Source of the DNA: Bacteroidota bacterium
Lineage (GTDB): Bacteria > Bacteroidota > Ignavibacteria > Kapaibacteriales > UBA2268
Length of the DNA: 64,000 nucleotides
Assembly (NCBI GenBank): GCA_021780815.1
Contig: JAJXYC010000015.1
Location: 209,796 to 273,795 of the forward strand
Direction of reading: 5' to 3'
In this document: positions 39,003 through 49,143 of the stretch, one piece after another
Numbering within the stretch: the first letter of the stretch is position 1
How the letters are laid out: each line of letters begins with the position of its first letter
Notes under the pieces: generated by a model
Seen by the model: only the letters and a program-made list of their open reading frames with translations
What the model was told of the DNA's origin: nothing
The model's database searches: none
Position numbers and translations under genes: made by a program

Positions 39003-40154
39003 TTATAATCCTAAAATAGGAAACAAAAATGTAAAAACAGCATCTATTAAAATAATATGAAAAATTGAAGTTACTACACTGGAGGTTGTATATTTACCAA
39101 CACTTTCAGCGCCACCACTGACTTGCAATCCCCTAAAACAGCCAATAATAGTAATGTAATATCCAAAAACAATAGATTTAATAAGTCCTGAAATTACATC
39201 TCCAAAAGTCAGTGCAATATGCAAACGATTAAAATAACCAACAACGGTAATATCTAATGTGTTTAACGCCGCAATTAAACCACCAGTAATACCAACAAAG
39301 TCAGTTAAAATTACTAAAATAGGCATAGCAATTACTATTGCTAATATTCTTGGCATAACCAAAAAATCAACAATATTAAACCCCATCATCTTTAATGCAT
39401 CAATTTCTTCGGAGACTTTCATCGTTCCAATTTCAGCAGTAAAGGCTGAACCAGACCGACCTGCTACAATTATCGCCACCATTAATGGTCCTAATTCTCT
39501 TGAAATCGTTACTCCTATTAAATCCGCTATATATAAATCTGCTCCAAACTCTTTTAATTGCCTTGCTCCTTGATAACCTGTGATTAAGCCAATTAAAAAT
39601 ACTATCAATAATGAGATCGGCAGTGCATTAATGCCTATTTGTATTAAATGATTTGGAAAATCCTGCAATCTAATTGAACTTGGGTTATAAAAAATTTTTG
39701 TTGAACTTTTGACTACGTTACCTACAAATGTTATTAAATCATAACCATCAAAATAAATTCGCTTTAATGTATCACCTATCTTTTCTATAATTAAATATAT
39801 ATGATTCCGTGATTTTATATCTTTTTGATTTTCGGGATTTTTAAATTTTGATAAGTATTTATAATAATTTGTTAATTCTTTACTCATCGCTCTTAAATCA
39901 ACGATTTTATTTGCAAGAAGTGCGTGTTCTTGAAATAAATTCACATAGCTAACCAGGAACGAATCGTATTTCAATACTTTGCTAAAATCTAAAATAATAG
40001 TTTGATATTGTGAAAAATATTTGTCAAAATTTAATTTGTTAAACTCATAAGCACTGGAAAAATAGAAATTCCCTGTAAAATATACAATTGCTATATCTTC
40101 ATAATAAGCAATTTCAATATTTTCAGAAACTTTTTCTATTTTGCTTTCTTCCAT
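39003..40154 (-). CDS. mlaE: MlaE-family ABC permease with an about 105-aa N-terminal STAS-like (MlaB-like) extension
   Basis: The C-terminal about 260 aa match the MlaE/YrbE permease family (five transmembrane helices, GARQL, ...AGRSGSAFTAEIGTMKVSEEIDAL). The N-terminal segment has a STAS-like alternating pattern (IAIVYFTGNFYF...IILDFSKVLKYDSF). Confidence 0.7.
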   Translation of the reverse strand: MEESKIEKVSENIEIAYYEDIAIVYFTGNFYFSSAYEFNKLNFDKYFSQYQTIILDFSKVLKYDSFLVSYVNLFQEHALLANKIVDLRAMSKELTNYYKYLSKFKNPENQKDIKSRNHIYLIIEKIGDTLKRIYFDGYDLITFVGNVVKSSTKIFYNPSSIRLQDFPNHLIQIGINALPISLLIVFLIGLITGYQGARQLKEFGADLYIADLIGVTISRELGPLMVAIIVAGRSGSAFTAEIGTMKVSEEIDALKMMGFNIVDFLVMPRILAIVIAMPILVILTDFVGITGGLIAALNTLDITVVGYFNRLHIALTFGDVISGLIKSIVFGYYITIIGCFRGLQVSGGAESVGKYTTSSVVTSIFHIILIDAVFTFLFPILGL

Positions 40155-40248
40155 AATTTAAAATTTAATAAAAATTTTCCAATAAATCTCAAATTTTAAT
40201 ATACTTTATTAGAATTGTAACAGAATTTTTTTTTAATTTCGTATTTGT

Positions 40249-41478
40249 ATGAAAACAGAATTTAAAATTGCAATAAGGTATATTTTTTCTAAGCACTCCT
40301 TTAATTTTATTACAATAATTAATTTTATTTCTTTAATTGGTATAACAATAGGGGTTGCAGCTTTAATTGTTGTCCTATCAATTTTTAATGCTTTTCAAAG
40401 TTTAGCAATAAAACAAATTGTAGGATTTGACCCTCATATAAAAATAGAATCTAACTTATCAGCAAAAGATAGCTCATCACTATTAAAGTATTTACAAAAC
40501 AATTCCGACATTGAATCTTTTTCACAAGTTTCCGAGAGTCGGCTAATTTGCTTTAAAAATAATTCAATACGAGTTGTTAATTTATTAGCTATTAGCGATT
40601 CGGATTTATCTTTTTTTAATAATTTAGGACCTTATTTTATTGTTGGCAATTTCACAAATGAAAGAGCAGTAATAAAGACATTACCCAAAATCGCTATTGG
40701 TGCGGGACTTGCCGATGCACTTCATTGTCTTCCCGGAGATACAATTAATTTTACAACTCCAAGTGCAATTGAAAATTCCTTGCTTACTGGGTCAATCCCT
40801 AATTTTTATCAAGCAGTTATTAAAGGTATCTTCCAATCAAATGTCAAAGATTACGATTATTCTTATGTTTTTGGAAGCTACAATTTATCTAAAGCAGTCT
40901 TATCGGATAAATTCCAATCATCTTTAATTTATGAAATTAGATTAAATAATTTAGATAAACTTGAGCAAATCACCAACAAACTGAAATCCGAATTTCCAAA
41001 AGCTAATATATTGAATTGGAAAGATTTGAATAAAGAATATTATAACGTAATGAAATTTGAAAAGATGGCAACAACTTTTATTCTTGGACTTATTGTTCTT
41101 GTTGCAATTTTTAATGTTTTTGCTTCGCTTACAATGACTATTATTGAAAAGAAAAAAGATATATCAATTTTAAGAGCAATAGGTGCTACACAAAATTTTA
41201 TTCAATTTACTTATTTATATGAAGGAATTTTTGTAGGCTCATTTGGTTCTATTTTGGGTGGCTTGCTGGGCGTTCTACTTTGTTACGGACAAACACATTT
41301 TAAGTGGTTCAGAATTGATAACACAAAATATATTATGGATTCAATTCCAGTTTTGGTAAATTATTACGATGTTGTTGCAGTTGTGTTATTATCTTTTTTA
41401 TTAACAATTTTGGCAACAATTTATCCTTCAATGAAAGCAAGTAAATTAAATATTATTGAAAATATCAGGGAAGAGTAA
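40249..41478 (+). CDS. LolC/LolE-family (FtsX-like) ABC transporter permease
   Basis: Four-transmembrane FtsX topology with a large periplasmic loop after TM1, 409 aa, and a C-terminal FtsX motif region (ISILRAIGAT). Confidence 0.7.
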   Translation: MKTEFKIAIRYIFSKHSFNFITIINFISLIGITIGVAALIVVLSIFNAFQSLAIKQIVGFDPHIKIESNLSAKDSSSLLKYLQNNSDIESFSQVSESRLICFKNNSIRVVNLLAISDSDLSFFNNLGPYFIVGNFTNERAVIKTLPKIAIGAGLADALHCLPGDTINFTTPSAIENSLLTGSIPNFYQAVIKGIFQSNVKDYDYSYVFGSYNLSKAVLSDKFQSSLIYEIRLNNLDKLEQITNKLKSEFPKANILNWKDLNKEYYNVMKFEKMATTFILGLIVLVAIFNVFASLTMTIIEKKKDISILRAIGATQNFIQFTYLYEGIFVGSFGSILGGLLGVLLCYGQTHFKWFRIDNTKYIMDSIPVLVNYYDVVAVVLLSFLLTILATIYPSMKASKLNIIENIREE

Positions 41479-42467
41479 TGAAAATAGCAACTTCAATTGG
41501 CGATACAAATGGCATTGGGTTAGAATCTTTTATTAAAGCCTTAAATAAACTTGATAAGAATTTCTTCAACAATAACGAAATCGCTTTATGCGGGAACTAT
41601 GAAACAGCAAAAGAATATTTAGCAAAAGCAAGTCTTCAAATTGAAATTAATTCTAATTATCTTATTGTTAATAATGCTAAAATTGAAATTATTCCAACAA
41701 GGACTAAATCCAAAATTACTTTTGGGAAGAACACTTTGGATAGCGGAATTGCCGCTTATGAATCTTTGGAACTTGCTTCTAATTTAGTTTTTGAAGGTTC
41801 TTTCGATGCGTTATTAACATTACCGATTTCAAAGACATCTATTCATCTTGCCGGTTTTCAATTTCCTGGTCATACCGAAATGTTAGCAGATAAGGACAAT
41901 AAAGCAGAGCCTTTAATGATTCTTTTTAACCACCAAATGAATGTTGCACTTGCAACAATTCATATTCCAATTAAAGAAGTATCACCCCAAATTACTCCCA
42001 AAAATTTGGAAAGCAAATTAAAAATTTATTATCATTCTTTAATTCAAGACTTTGGTATCGAAAATCCAACTATCGCTGTTTTAGGTTTAAACCCTCATTC
42101 AGGTGAAAATAATCATATCGGTGATGAAGAAGTAAACACAATTGTTCCTTTATTAGATAAAATTCAACAGGAAGGATTTAATTGTGCTGGTCCATTTTCA
42201 GCAGATAGTTTTTTTGCTCATAGCAACTGGAAAAACTTTGATGGCATATTCGCAATGTACCACGACCAAGGGTTAATTCCCTTAAAAATGACATCACAAA
42301 ATGGTGGAGTAAATTTTACTGCGGGATTAAGTATTGTTCGTACTTCACCTGACCATGGAACTGCTTTTGATATTGCCGGTAAAAATATCGCTAATCCAAC
42401 AAGCACTTATGAAGCAATTTTATGGGCAGAAAAAATATTTAATTTTAGAAGAAATAGGGACAAATAA
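41478..42467 (+). CDS. pdxA: 4-hydroxythreonine-4-phosphate dehydrogenase
   Basis: FPGHTEML, GLNPHSGE and DQG motifs. 329 aa. Its start overlaps the upstream stop. Confidence 0.85.
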   Translation: MKIATSIGDTNGIGLESFIKALNKLDKNFFNNNEIALCGNYETAKEYLAKASLQIEINSNYLIVNNAKIEIIPTRTKSKITFGKNTLDSGIAAYESLELASNLVFEGSFDALLTLPISKTSIHLAGFQFPGHTEMLADKDNKAEPLMILFNHQMNVALATIHIPIKEVSPQITPKNLESKLKIYYHSLIQDFGIENPTIAVLGLNPHSGENNHIGDEEVNTIVPLLDKIQQEGFNCAGPFSADSFFAHSNWKNFDGIFAMYHDQGLIPLKMTSQNGGVNFTAGLSIVRTSPDHGTAFDIAGKNIANPTSTYEAILWAEKIFNFRRNRDK

Positions 42468-42517
42468 TTTTAGATTTTATATCTCACAAAATTTAATTCA
42501 AATCAATTAACAAAAAA

Positions 42518-42545
42518 CTCCTTTCAATAAAAACATTGAAAGGAG
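42518..42545. terminator. Bidirectional terminator between pdxA (+) and amt (-)
   Basis: CTCCTTTCAA-loop-TTGAAAGGAG 10-bp stem with flanking A/T runs. Confidence 0.5.
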
Positions 42546-42583
42546 AAAATTTATAAAAATAAACAAGAAAAATAAAATCCTTG

Positions 42584-43801
42584 TTATAAAGTTCCATCAT
42601 CATAAGCTTGCTCGCCATGCAAAGCAAAATCAAGTCCCATTTGCTCTTCTTCTAATGAAACTTTGACAGGTGTAATAAAGTTAATAACAATTAGCATAAT
42701 ATAAGTAAAGATGAACGCATAAATAGCAGTAATAGCAACTGCCAACACCTCAGTTAGGAAGAACTGATAATTTCCTAATAAAAATCCATTGCTTCCAACA
42801 TGATTCACAGCTTTTGAAGCAAAAATACCGAGTAAAATTGTCCCTAATACACCACCAACACCGTGAACACCCCAAACATCAAGAGCATCGTCCCATTTCA
42901 TCTTATTTTTGAATTCAACAGCACTGTAACAAACAACACCCGCAATAATACCAATAATAGGTGCAGTCCACACAGGGACATAACCAGCACAAGGAGTTAT
43001 AGTTGCTAGCCCAGCGATAGAACCTGTTAACAACCCAACTAACTTTGGCTTTTTCTTAAAATTCCATTCAATCATCAACCAAGTAATTGTTGCAAACGAA
43101 GCAGCAATATCTGTATTGATAAAAGCAAGAGAAGTAACATAATCAACAGCTACTTCGCTGCCGGCGTTAAATCCATACCAACCAAACCAAAGCAAACCAC
43201 TACCAATTGCAACTAATGGAATACTATTTGGTACACTTTTTTTATCAACTCTGTCTTTTACATAAAAAACAGAAGCCAGTGCAGCAAAACCAGCAGTAGC
43301 ATGGACAACTATTCCACCTGCAAAATCAATTACACCCCAAGAAGCCATTAACCCACCGCCCCAAATCATATGGACAAATGGATAATAAACTAAAACTTGC
43401 CAAAAAGTTAAAAAGATGAAATAGGCTTTAAAACTTACACGATTAACAAAAGCTCCTGTTATCAATGCAGGAGTGATTATTGCAAACATCATCTGGTACG
43501 CAATAAAAACGATTTCTGGAATTTTCCCATTGGTAAACATAGTTGAGGTTGTTACACCATTTAAAAATGCTTTATCTAAATTGCCTATAATTCCTCCTTG
43601 ACCACCACTAAAACAAAGTGAGTATCCAAAAGCAATCCATAAAACCGTTGTCCAACCTAATGATACAAAACTTTGTATCATTATTCCCAAAATATTTCTT
43701 TTGGAAGCTAAACCACCATAAAAAAATGCTAACGCAGGCGTCATTAACATTACTAAACTTGTTGCTAACAACATAAATCCAGTAGAACCAGAATCAAACA
43801 T
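42584..43801 (-). CDS. amt: Ammonium transporter (Amt/MEP family)
   Basis: MFDSGSTGFMLLATSLVMLMTPALAFFYGG N-terminal signature and 11 transmembrane helices. 405 aa. Confidence 0.9.
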   Translation of the reverse strand: MFDSGSTGFMLLATSLVMLMTPALAFFYGGLASKRNILGIMIQSFVSLGWTTVLWIAFGYSLCFSGGQGGIIGNLDKAFLNGVTTSTMFTNGKIPEIVFIAYQMMFAIITPALITGAFVNRVSFKAYFIFLTFWQVLVYYPFVHMIWGGGLMASWGVIDFAGGIVVHATAGFAALASVFYVKDRVDKKSVPNSIPLVAIGSGLLWFGWYGFNAGSEVAVDYVTSLAFINTDIAASFATITWLMIEWNFKKKPKLVGLLTGSIAGLATITPCAGYVPVWTAPIIGIIAGVVCYSAVEFKNKMKWDDALDVWGVHGVGGVLGTILLGIFASKAVNHVGSNGFLLGNYQFFLTEVLAVAITAIYAFIFTYIMLIVINFITPVKVSLEEEQMGLDFALHGEQAYDDGTL

Positions 43802-44051
43802 ATTATACCTTTATTTTATGATAAAATTATGTGAATTAATGTCTTAAATATTTCATCAAACATAAAAAATAATTATCAATATGTTATCAAAATAATTTTT
43901 GAACATACTAATTACAAAATTAATGTAGCACAAGATTAGAACTGATAGAGATTTATCTGATTTATTAATAAGAAATATTTGTATTTAATCAAAAAAAATC
44001 TTACGTAGAATTTAATAAAAAACAAGAAGATGTTTTTTGCTAAAATAATTT

Positions 44052-44708
44052 TTACATTAATTCAATTAATTTATTCCTTATTGCAAAAAGAACTATTTCA
44101 GCAGAATTTTTTAAGTGTAGTTTTTGCATAATATGCGATCTGTGAGTATCTACAGTTTTTATACTTATAAATAATTTATCAGCAATTTCTTTATTAGAAA
44201 GCCCAATTGCCAGTAATTTCAGAACTTCAATTTCTCTTTGAGTTAACTCTTCGTCTTCCAGCAATTTTTGTTCATTTTTAAATCTATTAATATAGTTTAT
44301 AAAGAAATTTTCAGAAATATCTTTATAAAAATACTGGTCTCCGTTTGCAATTTTATTAATAGCTTCGACAAGTTCCTCAAAGGAAACATCTTTTGGCAAA
44401 TAACCAGCGGCACCAGATTTTACAGCATTTAATACAAATTCTTCATTTGAATGCATTGAAAGAATAAGCACTTTAAGCTGCGGATAATTTTTACTTAATA
44501 ATTTGGTCAGTTCAATCCCTGACATCCCGTTCATTGTAATATCAGTAATAATAACATCACAACTAATCAAACTGATTAATTCAATTAATTGTTCACCTGA
44601 TGTAGCTGTTCCTACAATTTCAATGTTATTAACATTATTAAGAAGTGAAATCAAACCATCTAAAAAAATTTTATGGTCATCAACTAATATTATTTTTATT
44701 TTTTTCAT
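44052..44708 (-). CDS. Two-component response regulator, NarL/LuxR family (REC plus LuxR-type HTH)
   Basis: IILVDDH...D (phospho-acceptor region) and a C-terminal LTQREIEVLKLLAIGLSNKEIADKLFISIKTVDTHRSHIMQKL GerE/LuxR HTH. Confidence 0.85.
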   Translation of the reverse strand: MKKIKIILVDDHKIFLDGLISLLNNVNNIEIVGTATSGEQLIELISLISCDVIITDITMNGMSGIELTKLLSKNYPQLKVLILSMHSNEEFVLNAVKSGAAGYLPKDVSFEELVEAINKIANGDQYFYKDISENFFINYINRFKNEQKLLEDEELTQREIEVLKLLAIGLSNKEIADKLFISIKTVDTHRSHIMQKLHLKNSAEIVLFAIRNKLIELM

Positions 44709-46467
44709 CTTTTATAGGAATTTTAATTTTATAAATAGTTCCGTTGCCTGCATTAGTTTTAAGTTGAACACTGCCATTTAACAGCTCAACTCTTTCAAAA
44801 ATATTCAAAACTCCATTACCTGTTTTTTGTCTGTTCAAATCAAATCCAATTCCATCATCAGAAATATTGATATATATATATTCATCTCCAATATTAATAT
44901 TAACCGATGTTTTATTTGCATTTGAATGTTTTACAATATTATGAATAATTTCTTGAACAATTCTAAAAATATAAATTTGCTTTCTATTATCGAGTGTATT
45001 ATGCAATATACTTTGAAAAGAAAAGTTGCATAAAATATGTGTGGAATTTAAAGAATCGTTACAAAGTCGTTTAATTCCTTCTTCTAATCCAAAATTCGCA
45101 AGAACATTAGGCATTAAGTTATTTGAAACAGCCCGAATTTCATTAATGGAATTTTTAATCAAATAAATTGTTTCTTGAACTTGCGATTTAACAGTACCAA
45201 AAGATAACTTTTCTATTTTTTCCAATTTAAATTTTATCGCTAAAAGCATTTGTCCTAAACCATCATGAATATCCCTCGATAATCTTTGTCTTTCAACCTC
45301 TTGTGCATCAATAACAGCACTAATTCTAAATAATTTATCTTTTGCAATTTGTTCAGATTGCAAAGCTAATTGATTTGACATATTATTAAATGAATTTATT
45401 AACTCGCCAATTTCATCATTAGACTGCGGTATAATTTTAACATTAAATTGTCCTTTGCTAATTTTAGTTGCGGCTTCATTTAATTTTATTATTGGATTAG
45501 TAATTTTTTTTGAACCTATATATACTAATATAAAAATAATCAAAGAAAGTATTACACTAATTATTACAATACTATTTCTTAAGTTGTAAATTGGTTTTAA
45601 AGCTTCTTTCAAATCCATTTCCGCAATAATTACCCAATTTAATCCAGCAATTTTCAAAGGAGCATATGAACTTAAAACTTCAACATTCCTATAATCTTTT
45701 GTAAGAATTTGACCTGTTTGACCAGATATTGCATTTATAGATGCTTGTGTTTTTACTTTAATTTTATTGATTGAATTTTCTTTAAATCTTGATGAAGTTC
45801 TCATCAAAAAATCTTGTCCGACTATGTATGATTCGCCAGTATTACCTAACCCATTATATTGAGAATAATCAAACATAATATTATTTATGCTTGTGGTAAA
45901 TAAATCAAAAACTAAAGTACCTAAATATTTTGCTTGTTGCTTACCAAATATTTTGGAAATAATAAAAAAATGGAAACTACTATCATCTTCTGTTTTATAA
46001 TCTGTTAATTGTATAGTATTTGTTGCAATATCTTTTGATATTTTTATATAAAATTGATATTGATTATTACTAATTTGGGTATTTGGATAACCTGATTTAT
46101 TAATCACGAGCAATTTGTTATTTGCATCTAAAAAAACTATTTTTCTATAATAATTATTCGTGTTAATAAATCTTTCAAAATACATCCTAAAAAAATCAGT
46201 CTCAAAGTCTTTATGGTAATTAAAAAAAATACTTTGAAATTTATTAGGCTCGGAAAGAATTTTAACTTCAATTATTCTATCTTGAAAATATCTTTCCAAA
46301 TTTTTTGCTTTTTCCACTCTCACAGAAGCAAGATGATTGAATGTCCTATCCAATAAGGTATTTTTTTCAATATGGTAAGAGTAAAAAGTAACTAAAAAAA
46401 TTGAAACAATAGACAAAAATAAAAAATACACGAAATGCTTTTGAGTAATTGATACGTTTATTTTCAT
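44680..46467 (-). CDS. Sensor histidine kinase with a periplasmic sensor region, HAMP, HisKA_3 dimerisation domain and HATPase (NarX/DesK-like)
   Basis: Two transmembrane helices flank an about 270-aa extracytoplasmic domain. H-box ERQRLSRDIHDGLGQ (HisKA_3) and ATPase motifs DDGIGF...GNG. It overlaps the response-regulator start. Confidence 0.8.
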   Translation of the reverse strand: MKINVSITQKHFVYFLFLSIVSIFLVTFYSYHIEKNTLLDRTFNHLASVRVEKAKNLERYFQDRIIEVKILSEPNKFQSIFFNYHKDFETDFFRMYFERFINTNNYYRKIVFLDANNKLLVINKSGYPNTQISNNQYQFYIKISKDIATNTIQLTDYKTEDDSSFHFFIISKIFGKQQAKYLGTLVFDLFTTSINNIMFDYSQYNGLGNTGESYIVGQDFLMRTSSRFKENSINKIKVKTQASINAISGQTGQILTKDYRNVEVLSSYAPLKIAGLNWVIIAEMDLKEALKPIYNLRNSIVIISVILSLIIFILVYIGSKKITNPIIKLNEAATKISKGQFNVKIIPQSNDEIGELINSFNNMSNQLALQSEQIAKDKLFRISAVIDAQEVERQRLSRDIHDGLGQMLLAIKFKLEKIEKLSFGTVKSQVQETIYLIKNSINEIRAVSNNLMPNVLANFGLEEGIKRLCNDSLNSTHILCNFSFQSILHNTLDNRKQIYIFRIVQEIIHNIVKHSNANKTSVNINIGDEYIYINISDDGIGFDLNRQKTGNGVLNIFERVELLNGSVQLKTNAGNGTIYKIKIPIKDEKNKNNIS

Positions 46468-46779
46468 TGAGATTTCATCTGCTTATAAACACAAAATTAC
46501 ATATTTAGTATTTAAGACTAATAAAAAGAATGTTATTTCAATTTCCTTCTTCTCTTTTACTTAATAATTTAGATAAAAATTACAAATAATTTTCTCATAT
46601 AATGCCGAATATAGCGGGGAAAGCCTACAAAAAATTTATTCTTATTATTACAATTAGAAAAAAGAACTATCGTCTTAAAATATTCATTATTAAAGTGTTG
46701 TTTAACTCAATAATTTGACGTGAGGTAAAATACAAAAAAAACTACTAATTTTATATTTTCTAATAGGTTAAGATTAAAT

Positions 46780-48078
46780 ATGAACTTTAGTTTTTTTGTA
46801 AAATTAATACTTGTGTTTTCTTTTATTTTTGGTTTTATCAATGTAGAAGCACAATCCTTGTCAACAAATGACACTTTAAATCTTTCTCCTTCAGAAGCTG
46901 AAAAGCTTTTTGTAGAAAGAAATATGTCCGTATTATCTGCCAAATACGGTATAGAAGCCGCTAAATCTGCTGTTAAACAAGCAGGTCTTTGGAGTAATCC
47001 TAACATTTCTATTGAGCAAAATATTTACAATCAATATACAGGTAAATTTTTTGATTTTACAAGTTCAGGTAACACAGAATTACAACTTCAACAGTTGTTT
47101 TTGTTAGCAGGTAAACGTAGCAAACAAGTTAAATTAGCCGAATTAAATGTTAAATCCCAAGAATTGAGCCTGCTTGATTTACTTCGCTCTATCAAAAATC
47201 GAATCAGAGAAGACTTATTATCAGACTTTTACCTTAATAATGCTTTACATTTTTATGATAGCACTATACCTAATTTAAAAATGACCATACAATCAGCAGA
47301 AAAAAATTATCAAAATAAGCTATTACTTCTTTCTGAACTTATTAGATTAAAATCACTACTTTTTACTTTACAAGATGAAAGGTTGGATATAATTAATCAA
47401 ATTGACCAAGTGCAAGCAGATATAAAAGTAATTCTAAACGATACAACAATGAATAAGAAAGTTTATAAACCAATTCTTGATACTGCTTTAATATCTTCAT
47501 TTGATATTACATATTATAAATTCGAGAATTTGGTAGAAGAAGCCTATAAATCAAGACCTGACATACAAATTGCCGAAAATACAATCAATTATGAAGAAGC
47601 AAACCTTTCACTTCAAAAATCACTTGCTGTGCCTGATTTAAATATTGGATTGCGATGGTCACGAGCAGGAAGTTATATTCCTAATTATTGGGCGGTTAAT
47701 TTTGCTATTGATCTACCATTTTTCAATAAGAATCAAGGCAATATTGAAATTTCCCAAAGCAGCATTAAATCTGATGAAATGAACTTAAAACAATTAAAAA
47801 AAGAAGTTGAAAAAGATGTTCTCACATCTTACAACAAAGCAGTTGAAATAAACAATTTCTATAAAAGTATAGATAAAAGTTTTATTTCACATTATAATGA
47901 TTTAGTCAAAGGAATGGATGATAATTTTGAAAAGCATAATATAACAATGATTGAATATATAGATTTTTACGAATCATACCGCACGAGTATGCTCCAATTA
48001 AATCAACTTATGAATGATAGAGCGATGGCGTTAGAAAATTTAAATTTTGTTATTGGTAAAAATATTTTTAATCCATAA
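46780..48078 (+). CDS. TolC-like outer-membrane efflux protein (OEP family, CzcC/CusC-like)
   Basis: Signal peptide and duplicated OEP coiled-coil repeats. 432 aa. It is the first gene of a three-gene efflux operon. Confidence 0.75.
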   Translation: MNFSFFVKLILVFSFIFGFINVEAQSLSTNDTLNLSPSEAEKLFVERNMSVLSAKYGIEAAKSAVKQAGLWSNPNISIEQNIYNQYTGKFFDFTSSGNTELQLQQLFLLAGKRSKQVKLAELNVKSQELSLLDLLRSIKNRIREDLLSDFYLNNALHFYDSTIPNLKMTIQSAEKNYQNKLLLLSELIRLKSLLFTLQDERLDIINQIDQVQADIKVILNDTTMNKKVYKPILDTALISSFDITYYKFENLVEEAYKSRPDIQIAENTINYEEANLSLQKSLAVPDLNIGLRWSRAGSYIPNYWAVNFAIDLPFFNKNQGNIEISQSSIKSDEMNLKQLKKEVEKDVLTSYNKAVEINNFYKSIDKSFISHYNDLVKGMDDNFEKHNITMIEYIDFYESYRTSMLQLNQLMNDRAMALENLNFVIGKNIFNP

Positions 48079-48099
48079 ATTTAAAAGGATACAAAACAA

Positions 48100-49119
48100 A
48101 TGAGTTATAGTATCAAAATCAAATCACAGAAGAACAATTTCCTGTTCAGGAATTTGTTGGCTTTATTTCTCTTTACTATTCTCATCTTTGCTTGTTCTTG
48201 TAGCAAAAATGAACAGACTAAAAATAGTGAAGATAACAAATATAAAAAAGCCACAGTTATGGATAATGGTCTGAAAATTCAATTTGATTCTCAAAGTCCA
48301 GCTTTGAATCTATTGAAAGTAACTACTGCTGAAAAAGGTTCTGCTACAATTTCGGTTGTTGCACCAGCACGTGTGGTTGCTTGTATTTCAAAAGCACAAA
48401 ATTCAAATGACAAAATAGTTATTTTTGAATCTTCCGATGTAACTTCTTTATATTCGCTATATAAGCAAAGCAAAATAAACTTATTAAAATCCCAGAAAAA
48501 TTTAGAAAGGGTTAAAGATATGTTTAATAATAATACAGCCGTAGCAAAAGATGTATCTGATGCTGAATCTGACTTTGCCAATTCGCAAGCATCATTATCT
48601 GAAATAGAAGGGAAATTAAGAATTTTAGGATACAATCCTATTGACCTTGAAAAAGCTCCGATTCATACTGCTTGGCTAATTTGTGATGTTTCGGAATCTC
48701 AAATAAAAGATGTAGACAAAGGTGAAGGTGTACCTATTGTTTTCTCTTCATTTCCAGATAAAAAATTCTATGGTAAAGCTGAATCAATAGGCGATGTTGT
48801 TGACTCTCAAACTCGTACAATAAAAGTTAGAGTATCGCTTACCAATCCAGGTGATAAGTTAATACCAGGTATGTTTGCCAAAGTAGATTTCGGCGACCCC
48901 ATTAAAGACGTAATACTATTACCACAGTCAGCAGTTGTTACCGTGGATAGTAATGATTATGTATTTGCTAAAACATCAGAGAACACTTTTGAAAGAATTA
49001 AAGTTATTACTGGATTTCCAACTGATCACAATGTCGTAGTACTTCGTGGAGTTAATGCAGGAGAAAATATTGTAACAGACGGCGCAATGCTTTTGAAAGG
49101 TTTAAGCTTCGGATTTTAA
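48100..49119 (+). CDS. Efflux RND periplasmic adaptor (membrane fusion protein, CzcB/CusB-like)
   Basis: Lipoprotein-like N-terminus (FACSCS), and biotinyl-lipoyl, beta-barrel and membrane-proximal domain pattern. 339 aa. Confidence 0.75.
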   Translation: MSYSIKIKSQKNNFLFRNLLALFLFTILIFACSCSKNEQTKNSEDNKYKKATVMDNGLKIQFDSQSPALNLLKVTTAEKGSATISVVAPARVVACISKAQNSNDKIVIFESSDVTSLYSLYKQSKINLLKSQKNLERVKDMFNNNTAVAKDVSDAESDFANSQASLSEIEGKLRILGYNPIDLEKAPIHTAWLICDVSESQIKDVDKGEGVPIVFSSFPDKKFYGKAESIGDVVDSQTRTIKVRVSLTNPGDKLIPGMFAKVDFGDPIKDVILLPQSAVVTVDSNDYVFAKTSENTFERIKVITGFPTDHNVVVLRGVNAGENIVTDGAMLLKGLSFGF

Positions 49120-49143
49120 TTATATTCTAAAAATGGATGAAAA

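Noticed and set aside
43802-44051. Possible tRNA, small-RNA or glnK remnant in the 250-bp amt upstream region
   Set aside because: There is no cloverleaf-like GC-rich segment, no ORF with P-II-like translation, and only AT-rich sequence.
46707-47006. 99-aa minus-strand ORF in the histidine-kinase/TolC divergent region
   Set aside because: It overlaps the TolC-like signal-peptide coding region and has no motif.
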